Assembly: GCA_950097015.1 (NCBI GenBank) | Contig: CATNEN010000025.1 | Location: 4,402,001-4,466,000 of the forward strand | DNA: 64,000 nucleotides | From: Macrostomum hystrix | Lineage: Eukaryota; Animalia; Platyhelminthes | Reading direction: 5' to 3' | In this document: positions 47,439 through 59,836 of the stretch, one piece after another | How positions within the stretch are numbered: the first letter of the stretch is position 1 | How the letters are laid out: every line of letters starts with the position of its first letter | Made by a program: the position numbers and the translations under genes | Notes under the pieces: model-generated | The model's input: the letters and a program-made list of their open reading frames with translations, nothing else | Database searches by the model: none | What the model was told of the DNA's origin: nothing

Positions 47439-47735
47439 GTCTACCAATGCGGCACCGCTCCCTGCCTGTCCCAGGCGGCCGAGAATGTCGCCATGACAAC
47501 CAGATTCATTCGCACTCTCCGCAAGAGCCGCAGCTTCGCCTGCCATTACCGCCGGCCAGCGAAGCCTGGCGCCCCGACGCCGGTGCTTCTCCACCGGATA
47601 TTCTCTCGCCGCCAGGCCACGCACTGCGTGATCTGGCCGGCTGTGGCGGTAGCTGCCGGGCTGGCTTTGCTGTTGAGCACATACTACTGCGCTGGCTGCA
47701 CTGTGTGGACTCAAGACAAAACTGTCATAGCCTGA
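47439..47735 (+). CDS. KCNMB-like gene 2, exon 2
   Basis: gtgcag|VYQCGTAPCL...FACHY...VLLHRIFS...THCVIWP + TM2 + YYCAGCTVW. Intron position is equivalent to gene 1. Confidence 0.8.
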   Translation, partial: VYQCGTAPCLSQAAENVAMTTRFIRTLRKSRSFACHYRRPAKPGAPTPVLLHRIFSRRQATHCVIWPAVAVAAGLALLLSTYYCAGCTVWTQDKTVIA

Positions 47736-47794
47736 GGCTGCGCTGCCGATGCTATGGTTCGTCACTTTCAGCTCGCTTAATAATAAATATGACA

Positions 47795-48115
47795 ATAATA
47801 ATAATCATTGCAGGAGGGCTGTAAGCCATCATTTGGCACATCATTTGGTGACACTAGACCCGCAGCCAGCGAGGCCACATTCATTTGGGCGCAGCCGCGG
47901 AGAGAAGGCTTGGGGGGCTTGTCGTGCCATTTACGCTCTTGAGGGCCAACCTCCAAGACACAGTTAAATGTACACTGCCTGACGATGAGAACATGACGAT
48001 GCACACCTGTGTGCGTGTGTGCTCAGGAGTCAGCGGAATGGGCAGAATTGCCTCCTCGCTGTCTGCGGGTCTAGTGTCACCAATTTTGCTATTGCCCGCA
48101 GCCCTCCTTTTACTA
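47795..48115. mobile_element. Two SINE-A pieces fused back to back (minus 3' end + plus body/3' end)
   Basis: 47795-47875 is the reverse complement of the SINE-A 3' end; 47870-48115 is a plus-strand 5'-truncated copy. They join at a shared gcgagg. Confidence 0.8.
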
Positions 48116-48405
48116 TTTTTCTTTTTTGTATTAGTGATTTTATTATAATTTTCTTCGAGTTCAAAGATAAATATTATTTTCCGTGCGTGGGCGTACTTCC
48201 TCCCACTGCTTTGTTTTAATTGACGCATTAACGAATTCTCAAACATGTCCGAGGATATTTTCTATTCATAGTTCATGCGCCCACTTAACCTTTTCAAAAG
48301 GAGTATTATTGCACACTTCTGCTTTTGTTTATAGACCAATTTCTCTGTTTAAGTAAAGTCTTATAAAACATAGAGCCAATAAAAAACTACTGTCTGAAAC
48401 CACTG

Positions 48406-51400
48406 CCTTAATAAACCCACTTTCCATTCCGCTCCCCTACCTTAATAAACCCACTTTCCATTCCGCTCCCCTACCTTAATAAACCCACTTTCCATTCCGC
48501 TCCCCTACCTTAATAAACCCACTTTCCATTCCGCTCCCCTACCTTAATAAACCCACTTTCCATTCCGCTCCCCAAACTTAATAAACCCACTTTCCATTTC
48601 GCTCCCCTACCTTAATAAACCCACTTTCCACTCCGCTCCCCTACCTCGATAAACCCACTTTCCATTCCGCACCCCTGTCTCGATAAACCCACTTTCCAGT
48701 CCGCTCCCCTGTATCAATAAACCCACTTTCCATTCCGCTCCCCTACCTTAATAAACCCACTTTCCATTCCGCTTCCCTACCTTAATAAACCCACTTTCCA
48801 TTCCGCTGCCCTACCTTAATAAACCCACTTTCCATTCCGTTCTCCCCTACCTTAATAAACCCACTTTCCATTTCGCTTCCCTACCTTAATAAACCTACTT
48901 TCCATTCCGCTCCCCTACCTTAATAAACCCACTTTCCATTCCGCTTCCCTACCTTAATAAACCTACTTTCCATTCCGCTCCCCTACCTTAATAAACCCAC
49001 TTTCCATTACGCTCCCCTACCTTAATAAACCCACTTACCATTCCGCTCCCCTACCTTAATAAACCTACTTTCCATTCCGCTCCCCTACCTTAATAAACCT
49101 ACTTTCCATTCCGCTCCCCTACCTTAAAAAACCCACTTTCCATTCCGCTCCCCTACCTTAATAAACCTACTTTCCATTCCGCTCCCCTACCTTAATAAAC
49201 CCACTTTCCATTCCGCTCCCCTACCTTAATAAACCCACTTTCCATTCCGCTTCCCTACCTTAATAAACCTACTTTCCATTCCGCTCCCCTACCTTAATAA
49301 ACCCACTTTCCATTCCGCTCTCCCCTACCTTAATAAACCCACTTTCCATTCCGCTCCCCTACCTTAATAAACCCACTTTCCATTCCGCTTCCCTACCTTA
49401 ATAAACCTACTTTCCATTCCGCTCCCCTACCTTAATAAACCCACTTTCCATTCCGCTCTCCCCTACCTTAATAAACCCACTTTCCATTCCGCTTCCCTAC
49501 CTTAATAAACCCACTTTCCATTCCGCTTCCCTACCTTAATAAACCTACTTTCCATTCCGCTCCCCTACCTTAATAAACCCACTTTCCATTCCGCTCTCCC
49601 CTACCTTAATAAACCCACTTTCCATTCCGCTCCCCTACCTTAATAAACCCACTTTCCATTCCGCTTCCCTACCTTAATAAACCTACTTTCCATTCCGCTC
49701 CCCTACCTTAATAAACCCACTTTCCATTCCGCTTCCCTACCTTAATAAACCTACTTTCCATTCCGCTCCCCTACCTTAATAAACCCACTTTCCATTCCGC
49801 TCTCCCCTACCTTAATAAACCCACTTTCCATTCCGCTTCCCTACCTTAATAAACCCACTTTCCATTCCGCTCCCCTACCTTAATAAACCTACTTTCCATT
49901 TCGCTCCCCTACCTTAATAAGCCCACTTTCCATTCCGCTCCCCTACCTTAATAAACCTACTTTCCATTTCGCTCCCCTACCTTAATAAACCCACTTTCCA
50001 TTCCGCTCCCCTACCTTAATAAACCTACTTTCCATTCCGCTCCCCTACCTTAATAAACCCACTTTCAATTCCGCTCCCCAAACTTAATAAACCCACTTTC
50101 CATTCCGCTCCCCTACCTTAATAAACCCACTTTCCATTCCGCTCTCCCCTACCTTAATAAACCCACTTTCCATTCCGCTCCCCTACCTTAATAAACCTAC
50201 TTTCCATTCCGCTCCCCTACCTTAATAAACCCACTTTCCATTCCGCTCCCCAAACTTAATAAACCCACTTTCCATTCCGCTTCCCTACCTTAATAAACCC
50301 ACTTTCCATTCCGCTCTCCCCTACCTTAATAAACCCACTTTCCATTCCGCTCTCCCCTACCTTAATAAACCCACTTTCCATTCCGCTCCCCTGTCTCAAT
50401 AAACCCACTTTCCATTCCGCACCCCTGTCTCAATAAACCCACTTTCCAGAACGCTCCCCTGTCTCAATAAACCCACTTTCCATTCCGCTCCCCTGTCTCA
50501 ATAAACCCACTTTCCATTCCGCACCCCTGTCTCAATAAACCCACTTTCCAGACCGCTCCCCTGTCTCAATAAACCCACTTTCCATTCCGCACCCCTGTCT
50601 CAATAAACCCACTTTCCATTCCGCACCCCTGTCTCAATAAACCCACTTTCCATTCCGCTCCCCTACCTTAATAAACCCACTTTCCATTCCGCTTCCCTAC
50701 CTTAATAAACCCACTTTCCATTCCGCTGCCCTACCTTAATAAGCCCACTTTCCATTCCGTTCTCCCCTACCTTAATAAACCCACTTTCCATTCCGCACCC
50801 CTGTCTCAATAAACCCACTTTCCAGACCGCTCCCCTGTCTCAATAAACCCACTTTCCATTCCGCACCCCTGTCTCAATAAACCCACTTTCCATTACGCTC
50901 CCCTACCTTAATAAACCCACTTACCATTCCGCTCCCCTACCTTAATAAACCTACTTTCCATTCCGCTCCCCTACCTTAATAAACCCACTTTCCATTCCGC
51001 TCTCCCCTACCTTAATAAACCCACTTTCCATTCCGCTCTCCCCTACCTTAATAAACCCACTTTCCATTTCGCTCCCCTACCTTAATAAGCCCACTTTCCA
51101 TTCCGCTCCCCTACCTTAATAAACCTACTTTCCATTCCGCTCCCCTACCTTAATAAACCCACTTTCCATTCCGCTCCCCAAACTTAATAAACCCACTTTC
51201 CATTCCGCTCCCCTACCTTAATAAACCCACTTTCCATTTCCCTCCCCTACCTTAATAAGCCCACTTTCCATTCCGCTCCCCTACCTTAATAAACCCACTT
51301 TCCATTCCGCTTCCCTACCTTAATAAACCCACTTTCCATTCCGCTTCCGTACCTTAATAAACCCACTTTCCATTCCGCTTCCCTATCTTAATAAACCCAC

Positions 51401-53270
51401 TTTCCATTCCGCTTCCCTACCTTAATAAACCCACTTTCCATTCTGTTCTCCCCTACCTTAATAAACCCACTTTCCATTCCGCTCCCCTACCTTAATAAAC
51501 CCACTTTCCATTCCGCTTCCCTACCTTAATAAACCCACTTTCCATTCCGCTTCCCTACCTTAATAAACCCACTTTCCATTCCGCTTCCCTACCTTAATAA
51601 ACCCACTTTCCATTCCGCTCCCCTACCTTAATAAACCCACTTTCCATTCCGCTTCCCTACCTTATTAAACCCACTTTCCATTCCGCACCCCTGTCTCAAT
51701 AAACCCACTTTCCAGACCGCTCCCCTGTCTCAATAAACGCACTTTCCACTCCGCTCCCCTACCTTAATAAACCCACTTTCCATTCCGCTTCCCTACCTTA
51801 ATAAACCCACTTTCCATTCCGTTCTCCCCTACCTTAATAAACCCACTTTCCATTCCGCACCCCTGTCTCAATAAACCCACTTTCCAGACCGCTCCCCTGT
51901 CTCAATAAACCCACTTTCCATTCCGCACCCCTGTCTCAATAAACCCACTTTCCATTACGCTCCCCTACCTTAATAAACCCACTTTCCATTCCGCTCCCCT
52001 ACCTTAATAAACCTACTTTCCATTCCGCTCCCCTACCTTAATAAACCCACTTTCCATTCCGCTCTCCCCTACCTTAATAAACCCACTTTCCATTCCGCTC
52101 TCCCCTACCTTAATAAACCCACTTTCCATTCCGCTCTCCCCTACCTTAATAAACCCACTTTCCATTTCGCTCCCCTACCTTAATAAGCCCACTTTCCATT
52201 CCGCTCCCCTACCTTAATAAACCTACTTTCCATTCCGCTCCCCTACCTTAATAAACCCACTTTCCATTCCGCTCCCCAAACTTAATAAACCCACTTTCCA
52301 TTCCGCTCCCCTACCTTAATAAGCCCACTTTCCATTCCGCTCCCCTACCTTAATAAACCCACTTTCCATTCCGCTTCCCTACCTTAATAAACCCACTTTC
52401 CATTCCGCTTCCGTACCTTAATAAACCCACTTTCCATTCCGCTTCCCTATCTTAATAAACCCACTTTCCATTCCGCTTCCCTACCTTAATAAACCCACTT
52501 TCCATTCTGTTCTCCCCTACCTTAATAAACCCACTTTCCATTCCGCTCCCCTACCTTAATAAACCTACTTTCCATTCCGCTTCCCTACCTTAATAAACCC
52601 ACTTTCCATTCCGCTTCCCTACCTTAATAAACCCACTTTCCATTCCGCTTCCCTACCTTAATAAACCCACTTTCCATTCCGCTCCCCTACCTTAATAAAC
52701 CCACTTTCCATTCCGCTTCCCTACCTTATTAAACCCACTTTCCATTCCGCACCCCTGTCTCAATAAACCCACTTTCCAGACCGCTCCCCTGTCTCAATAA
52801 ACGCAATTTCCACTCCGCTCCCCTACCTTAATAAACCCACTTTCCATTCCGCTTCCCTACCTTAATAAACCCACTTTCCATTCCGTTCTCCCCTACCTTA
52901 ATAAACCCACTTTCCATTCCGCACCCCTGTCTCAATAAACCCACTTTCCAGACCGCTCCCCTGTCTCAATAAACCCACTTTCCATTCCGCACCCCTGTCT
53001 CAATAAACCCACTTTCCATTACGCTCCCCTACCTTAATAAACCCACTTACCATTCCGCTCCCCTACCTTAATAAACCTACTTTCCATTCCGCTCCCCTAC
53101 CTTAATAAACCCACTTTCCATTCCGCTCTCCCCTACCTTAATAAACCCACTTTCCATTCCGCACCTCTGTCTCAATAAACCCACTTTCCAGACCGCTCCC
53201 CTGTCTCAATAAACCCACTTTCCATTCCGCTCTTATGTCTCAATAAACCCAGTCTCTATTTCGCTCCCCT
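48406..53270. repeat. 34-bp satellite, ~140 copies, with a 1064-bp higher-order repeat
   Basis: Unit ccttaataaacccactttccattccgctccccta; diagnostic variants recur 1064 bp apart. Confidence 0.97.
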
Positions 53271-53856
53271 ATTCATATGTAATTTTTGTTACATTGTTTC
53301 CAACCCATTTAATCCGCTTATTGTTTCGTAGAGATTTTTGTATCTTTCTGATTTTTAGATATCTGTTTAATTCACTTTTGTTGGTACTAAAATCCTAAGT
53401 GAATTTAGATGCTTTGGTTTTTATTTTGCCTTTATAAGACAAATCAGTTTATGCGGACCAATTTATCCTGTTGATTGATGAGACTGTCAATCAGATAAGA
53501 ATTTGATTGAATTTCAAATAAGTAGTACTAATTGCTTAATTAGTTTGTCTGTATGTCAATCTAACTTACGTTTACCTTGGCATCAAATAAAAGCCGAAAA
53601 AGTCAAGAATGTGACATTGTCGTTTAGCATAATAACTGAAATTCGTATATTTTTTGTTTCTTCCAAAAGAACAATGAAACAGAGTGGTCGCAATGTTGAT
53701 TGCTTCAGCCAAGGTTGTTAATAATTCCGAAAAATTATTTTCGTGTTCAGTTAAAAAAATGTTCGGCAACGAGATGCAGAGTTTAACATTTAACTAGATC
53801 CGTTGCTATGCGGTTGTCACGCGGTTGCTACGCAGTTGCTATGCAACCCGTAGAAT

Positions 53857-54102
53857 TCAACGATTCATAAGCGGACGACTGAGACGCACAATGGTAGCCG
53901 TCTGGTCATAGAAGGTGCTATTGAAGAGCCTCGTAGGCGTGTCCATGAGTATCGGGTAGCTGGCGAAGCGCATCAGTTCCGGCAGAAGTTCTTCCATCTC
54001 GAGGATGGCGCGCACAATGCCATCCCAGCAGCGGCCTCGCATGATCACCACTCGGCGAGGCAGTGATTTATACAGCTCCAAGCTGCCCAGACTGATGCGC
54101 AC
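53857..54102 (-). CDS. F-box-like/unknown gene, exon 2
   Basis: Acceptor ccaacag|GTG CGC ATC at 54103/54102, phase 0; open to the stop at 53857. Confidence 0.6.
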   Translation of the reverse strand: MRISLGSLELYKSLPRRVVIMRGRCWDGIVRAILEMEELLPELMRFASYPILMDTPTRLFNSTFYDQTATIVRLSRPLMNR

Positions 54103-54154
54103 CTGTTGGCGGTGTCAAATCTGAGATTCAACTGTCTCAAGAATAAAAAATTTA

Positions 54155-54830
54155 CCAGCTATTTACCCAGCTATTTACCCAGCTATTTACCCAGCTATTT
54201 ACCCAGCTATTTACCCAGCTATTTACCCAGCTATTTACCCAGCTATTTACCCAGCTATTGCGCGGCGCATCTGAGGGCTGCGCGGGTACAGCTGTTCAGT
54301 CTGTGGACTGGTGGAAAGCCACACCGCCCTCAATTACATGAGCTGTTGCTGCTAGCCAGAGTTAAGTGTCTTCCTAAAGGACACTAACTATTCAATTGAG
54401 GGCGATGAGTCGAAGAGCGGTCTAACGCGTTTGCCTCTCGCACCAAGGTCCCTGAGCTCAATTTCACGGTGAGGCCACACTCATTTGGGGCGCAGCCGCG
54501 GAGAGAAGGCTTGGGGGCTTTTCGAGCAATTTACGCCATCGAGGGCCAACCTCCAAGGCGCAGTGAGACTGTACACTGACTGACGATGAGTAAGTCGCTA
54601 ATCGCTATGTGAGCGAGTGCCTGGGTACAGTATCTTTGTGCGTGTGTGCTCAGGAGTCAGCGAAATGGGCAGAATTGCCTCACTGGCTGTGGGTCTAGTG
54701 TCACCAAATGATGTGCCATGGCCCGCTGCCCTCCTGCAATTATTATTATTAACTATTTAAGTGAAGTCACGACTCGAACCCTCGACCTTCAAGTCGTGAG
54801 TCCGACGCTCTAACCACTAGGCCACAAGCC
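54155..54830 (-). mobile_element. SINE-B split by a SINE-A insertion, ending in a 12-bp tandem expansion
   Basis: tRNA-like head GGGCTTGTGGCCTAGTGGTTAGAGCGTCGGACTCACGA...GGGTTCGAGTC (54830-54765); body resumes ~54390; (AGCTGGGTAAAT)n at 54155-54257. Confidence 0.8.
54398..54752 (+). mobile_element. SINE-A inserted in SINE-B
   Basis: Full SINE-A flanked by taactattcaa / taactatttaa (putative TSD, one mismatch). Confidence 0.85.
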
Positions 54831-54915
54831 CTAATTAGATTTGTTATTCTTCTAAGCTAAGATAAGGCGCTAAATTGTATTCATCGTGGCCAGTATTGCG
54901 CAACCAGCGACTTAC

Positions 54916-55488
54916 CCCCGACCTGTTCATGATGGCCTGCAAGCGTCTATCGCCGCCAAACCTCTGGTTCATGTTCAGGAGCGGCATCATTAGTCGAGAG
55001 GCATCGGTGGTATTCAGAAACACGTAGAACCAGAAGTGCACTGGTAAGTCGTTCAGGTCGGTCAACTTTGAACTCACCGGCTTGTAGTTGCCGTATAATA
55101 ATGGCTCATTTTCCGCCAATTTTGTTTCGGAGTTAGCCTGTTCGTTGATTATTTCGTTCGGTCTCGGACTATCGCTCGATTTTTTTTCCTGTTTGTTCGA
55201 CTTTGCAGTTTTTGCATTTTGATTGGTTATTTGGCTGGGTCTAAGATTATCGGTCAACTTTTCTGCCTGTTCGTCCGACATTGCGGTGTTTGCATTTTCA
55301 TTGATGCTTTGACTCGGTCTAAGATTATCGGTCAATTTTTCTGCCTGTTCGTCCGACATTGCAGTGTTTGCATTTTCATTGATGCTTTGACTCGGTCTCG
55401 GACTATCGCTGATTTTTTCTGTCTGTCTGTCCGGCATTGCAGTGTCTGACTGCAGCTTCATCTGCGTCGAAGGCCAGCTCTGTGACAT
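54916..55488 (-). CDS. F-box-like/unknown gene, exon 1 (four 26-aa repeats, then an F-box-like LNDLPVHFWFYVFL segment)
   Basis: ATG at 55488; strong donor GGG|GTAAGT at 54916/54915 in phase with exon 2. The F-box call rests on a short L.DLP motif only. Confidence 0.55.
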
Positions 55489-55840
55489 TCTGATTAGCGC
55501 TAATATGCTTTAGCTAAGATCTGTCACTTCCTTAGCGCCGTCAAGATGGCTTAAAAATTTTAACCACCTGTGCTACTCATGCCACGGTATTTACCTCTGT
55601 TAGCCATAGACTATACATCGTTCCATGCGTCTAGTGTTTTAATGCCTTAGATTATAAATGTTTGTGCAGTCAAAAATTTAGGTTCATTCTTAGCTTGCTG
55701 GACGACAAAGCTTTCCAGTTTCGTGTTGACACCATGGATGAATGAATAGAATATTCATTCTATTCATTCATCCATGGTTGACACTTAGCTATCTGATTCT
55801 ATTCTATATTCTATGCCCTGTCCTGTCTCTCACTCACGCT

Positions 55841-57325
55841 ATCCCACTCCTCACATCCCCTACACCACTCCTCACATCCCCTACCCCATTAATCACATCC
55901 CCTACCCCACTCCTCACATCCCCTACCCCATTCATCACATCCCCTACCCCACTCCTCACATCCCCTACCCCATTCATCACATCCCCTACCCCACTCCTAA
56001 CATCCCCTACCCCACTCATCACATCCCCTACCCCACTCCTCACATCCTCTACCCCACTCCTCACATCCCCTATCCCACTCCTCACATCCCCTACCCCACT
56101 CCTCACATCCCCTATCCCACTCCTCACATCCCCTACCTCACTCATCACATTCTCTACCCCACTCCACACATCCCCTATCCCACTCCTCACATCCCCTATC
56201 CCACTCATCACATTCTCTACCCCACTCCACACATCCCCTACCCCACTCATCACATCCCCTACCCCACTCCTCACATCCCCTACCTCACTCATCACATCCC
56301 CTACCCCACTCCACACATCCCCTATCCCACTTCTCACATCCCCTACCCCACTCCTCACATCCCCTACTCATCACATCCCCTACCCCACTCCTCACATCCC
56401 CTACCCCACTCATCACATCCCCTACCCCACTCCTCACATCCCCTATCTCACTCATCACATCCCCTACCCCACTCCTCACATCCCCTATCCCACTCCTCAC
56501 ATCCCCTACCCCACTCCTCACATCCCCTATCCCACTCCTCACATCCCCTACCCCACTCATCACAACCCCTATCCCACTCCTCGCATCCCCTACCCCACTC
56601 CTCACATCCCCTACCTCACTCATCACATCCTCTACCCCACTCCACACATCCCTATCCCACTCCTCACATCCCCTACCCCACTCCTCGCATCCCCTACCCC
56701 ACTCCTCACATCCCCTACCCCACTCCGCACATCCCCTATCCCACTCTTCATATCCCCTACCCCACTCCTCACATCCCCTACCCCACTCCTCACATCCCCT
56801 ATCCCACTCTTCATATCCCCTACCCCACTCCTCACATCCACTACCCCACTCCTCACATCCCCTATCCCACTCTTCATATCCCCTACCCCACTCCTCACAT
56901 CCCCTACCCCACTCCTCACATCCCCTATCCCACTCTTCATATCCCCTACCCCACTCCTCACATCCCCTATCCCACTCCTCACATCCCCTACCCCACTCCT
57001 CACATCCCCTACCCCACTCCTCACATCCCCTACCCCACTCCTCACATCCCCTACCCCACTCATCACATCCCCTATCCCACTCCTCACATCCCCTACCCCA
57101 CTCATCACATCCCCTATCCCACTCCTCACATCCCCTACCCCACTCCTCACATCCCCTACCCCACTCCTCACATCCCCTATCCCACTCCTCACATCCCCTA
57201 CCCCACTCCTCACATCCCCTACCCCACTCCTCACATCCCCTACCCCACTCCTCACATCCCCTATCCCACTCCTCACATCCCCTACCCCACTCCTCACATC
57301 CCCTATCCCACTCCTCACATCCCAT
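55841..57325. repeat. 21-bp C-rich minisatellite
   Basis: Unit cacatcccctaccccactcct with variants. Confidence 0.97.
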
Positions 57326-57789
57326 ATGCTACCCCCTGCAGAAACTACTGCAGAAACAATACTATATTCAATCAAGCTCTAAAACTGATATATTTTATTG
57401 TTATCGCGAAAGCCATAAGCTGCGGTTTGTTTTTCAAGGGCCTTGACGCCGATATTTCGGCCTTTTATCTGCAAGTATCTGCAAGGCCCGTAAGCTACCT
57501 ACAATCTGTCTTTATCACCACTTTCTCCACTATTCTCCCGGAAAATGGCAACAAGAAACGATTGCAAAATAAACTTTCTACTCCGTTAGCAATTCTTGTC
57601 CATAATGGGTTTTAGAGAGCAGCTTCACACCCTTTTTGTTGCTATGACAACTAATGAAAGCGTGTAGGCTTAAATTCAATGTTGTTTAAGGATCGGGCCT
57701 AGAGAGGCTTTTGCTTTTGCTGACTCTGCGAATAAGCAAAGTGGAACCTAGGCTTTCTATTCCTCACTATTAATGCAATATTCTGCCGA

Positions 57790-59142
57790 AAGCACAGACA
57801 GACACCCAGCACAGACAGACACCCAGCACAGACAGACACCCAGCACAGACACCCAGCACAGACACCCAGCACAGACAGACACCCAGCACAGACAGACACC
57901 CAGCACAGACAGACACCCAGCACAGACAGACACCCAGCACAGAGACTCAGCACAGACAGACACCCAGCACAGACAGACACCCAGCACAGACAGACACCCA
58001 GCACAGACAGACACCCAGCACAGACACCCAGCACAGACACCCAGCACAGACAGACACCCAGCACAGACAGACACCCAGCACAGACAGACACCCAGCACAG
58101 ACAGACACCCAGCACAGACAGACACCCAGCACAGACAGACACCCAGCACAGACAGACACCCAGCACAGAGACTCAGCACAGACAGACACCCAGCACAGAC
58201 AGACACCCAGCACAGACAGACACCCAGCACAGACAGACACCCAGCACAGACACCCAGCACAGACACCCAGCACAGACAGACACCCAGCACAGACAGACAC
58301 CCAGCACAGACAGACACCCAGCACAGACAGACACCCAGCACAGACACCCAGCACAGACAGACACCCAGCACAGAGACTCAGCACAGACAGACACCCAGCA
58401 CAGAGACTCAGCACAGACAGACACCCAGCACAGACAGACACCCAGCACAGACAGACACCCAGCACAGACAGACACCCAGCACAGACACCCAGCACAGACA
58501 GACACCCAGCACAGACACCCAGCACAGACAGACACCCAGCACAGACACCCAGCACAGACAGACACCCAGCACAGACACCCAGCACAGACAGACACCCAGC
58601 ACAGACACCCAGCACAGACACCCAGCACAGACAGACACCCAGCACAGACAGACACCCAGCACAGACAGACACCCAGCACAGACAGACACCCAGCACAGAC
58701 AGACACCCAGCACAGAGACTCAGCACAGACAGACACCCAGCACAGACAGACACCCAGCGCAGACAGACACCCAGCACAGAGACTCAGCACGGACAGACAC
58801 CCAGCACAGACAGACACCCAGCACAGACAGACACCCAGCACAGACACCCAGCACAGACACCCAGCACAGACACCCAGCACAGACACCCAGCTCAGACACC
58901 CAGCACAGACAGACACCCAGCACAGACACCCAGCACAGACAGACACTCAGCACAGACAGACACCCAGCACAGACACCCAGCACAGACACACTCAGCACAG
59001 ACAGACACCCAGCACAGACAGACACCCAGCACAGACACCCAGCACAGACACACTCAGCACAGACAGACACCCAGCACAGACAGACACCCAGCACAGACAC
59101 CCAGCACAGACACACTCAGCACAGACAGACACCCAGCACAGA
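57790..59142. repeat. 17-bp/13-bp minisatellite
   Basis: Units cacagacagacacccag and cacagacacccag, interspersed. Confidence 0.97.
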
Positions 59143-59836
59143 CTGTGAAGCGGACTGGGCTAGTCAATAAGTAGCGAATGAAAAAAGAATGAACACTCGA
59201 GTTAAGCAAGCGCAATTTAACACGAAGGACTGTGATCCTCAATAATTTTAATTTCTGCCTATAGGCCAATTTTTTTTTCTGGCATTGTTCAAATAAAACA
59301 ATTTTCGCAACTCACAAATGAATATCCGATTATTAAAAAAATATTAAGTTGGAAAAATTGCTGCGATAGAGTTTAAATTGAAGAGACAAGCAACTCAAAC
59401 TCTCTCCTGAATCAGTTAAACAACAAACAAAAAATTGAAAAGCAAAATCTAAGACAGATATGTATAATCAGAGAAAAGGCTTTATATAGTACTAATGATT
59501 CGCTTGATTTAAGTAGTGTGAACGCTCACGAGTATTAATGCGAGGGGCTCATTTGTCACTGATCAAAACATTTTTGTACATAACTCTACTTTGACATTAG
59601 AGTGGCCTATATTGGACGATTTTTACAGTAGAACCGTCGCACACGTTGGAAAATCAGATGAATGTGTTTCGAAAAGCTACCTTGCCATTGTCATGACGTG
59701 TGTATAACAATTGCTGAGAAATGACAGAACAACAACTGTTTGTGGATGTGTTGCCATGGATACAAGCAGAATTATCACATACTTTAGGCGAATGAGCGAG
59801 TCAAATCCGAGTCAAAGCTACTCAGCAACAATCGCC

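Noticed and set aside
55742-59170. Long ORFs over the 21-bp and 17-bp arrays
   Set aside because: Open in several frames on both strands because the repeat units lack stop codons; no coding signal.
59494-59565. C/D box snoRNA-like stretch (ATGATT...CTGA)
   Set aside because: Box C is non-consensus, there is no terminal stem, and no recognisable rRNA guide.
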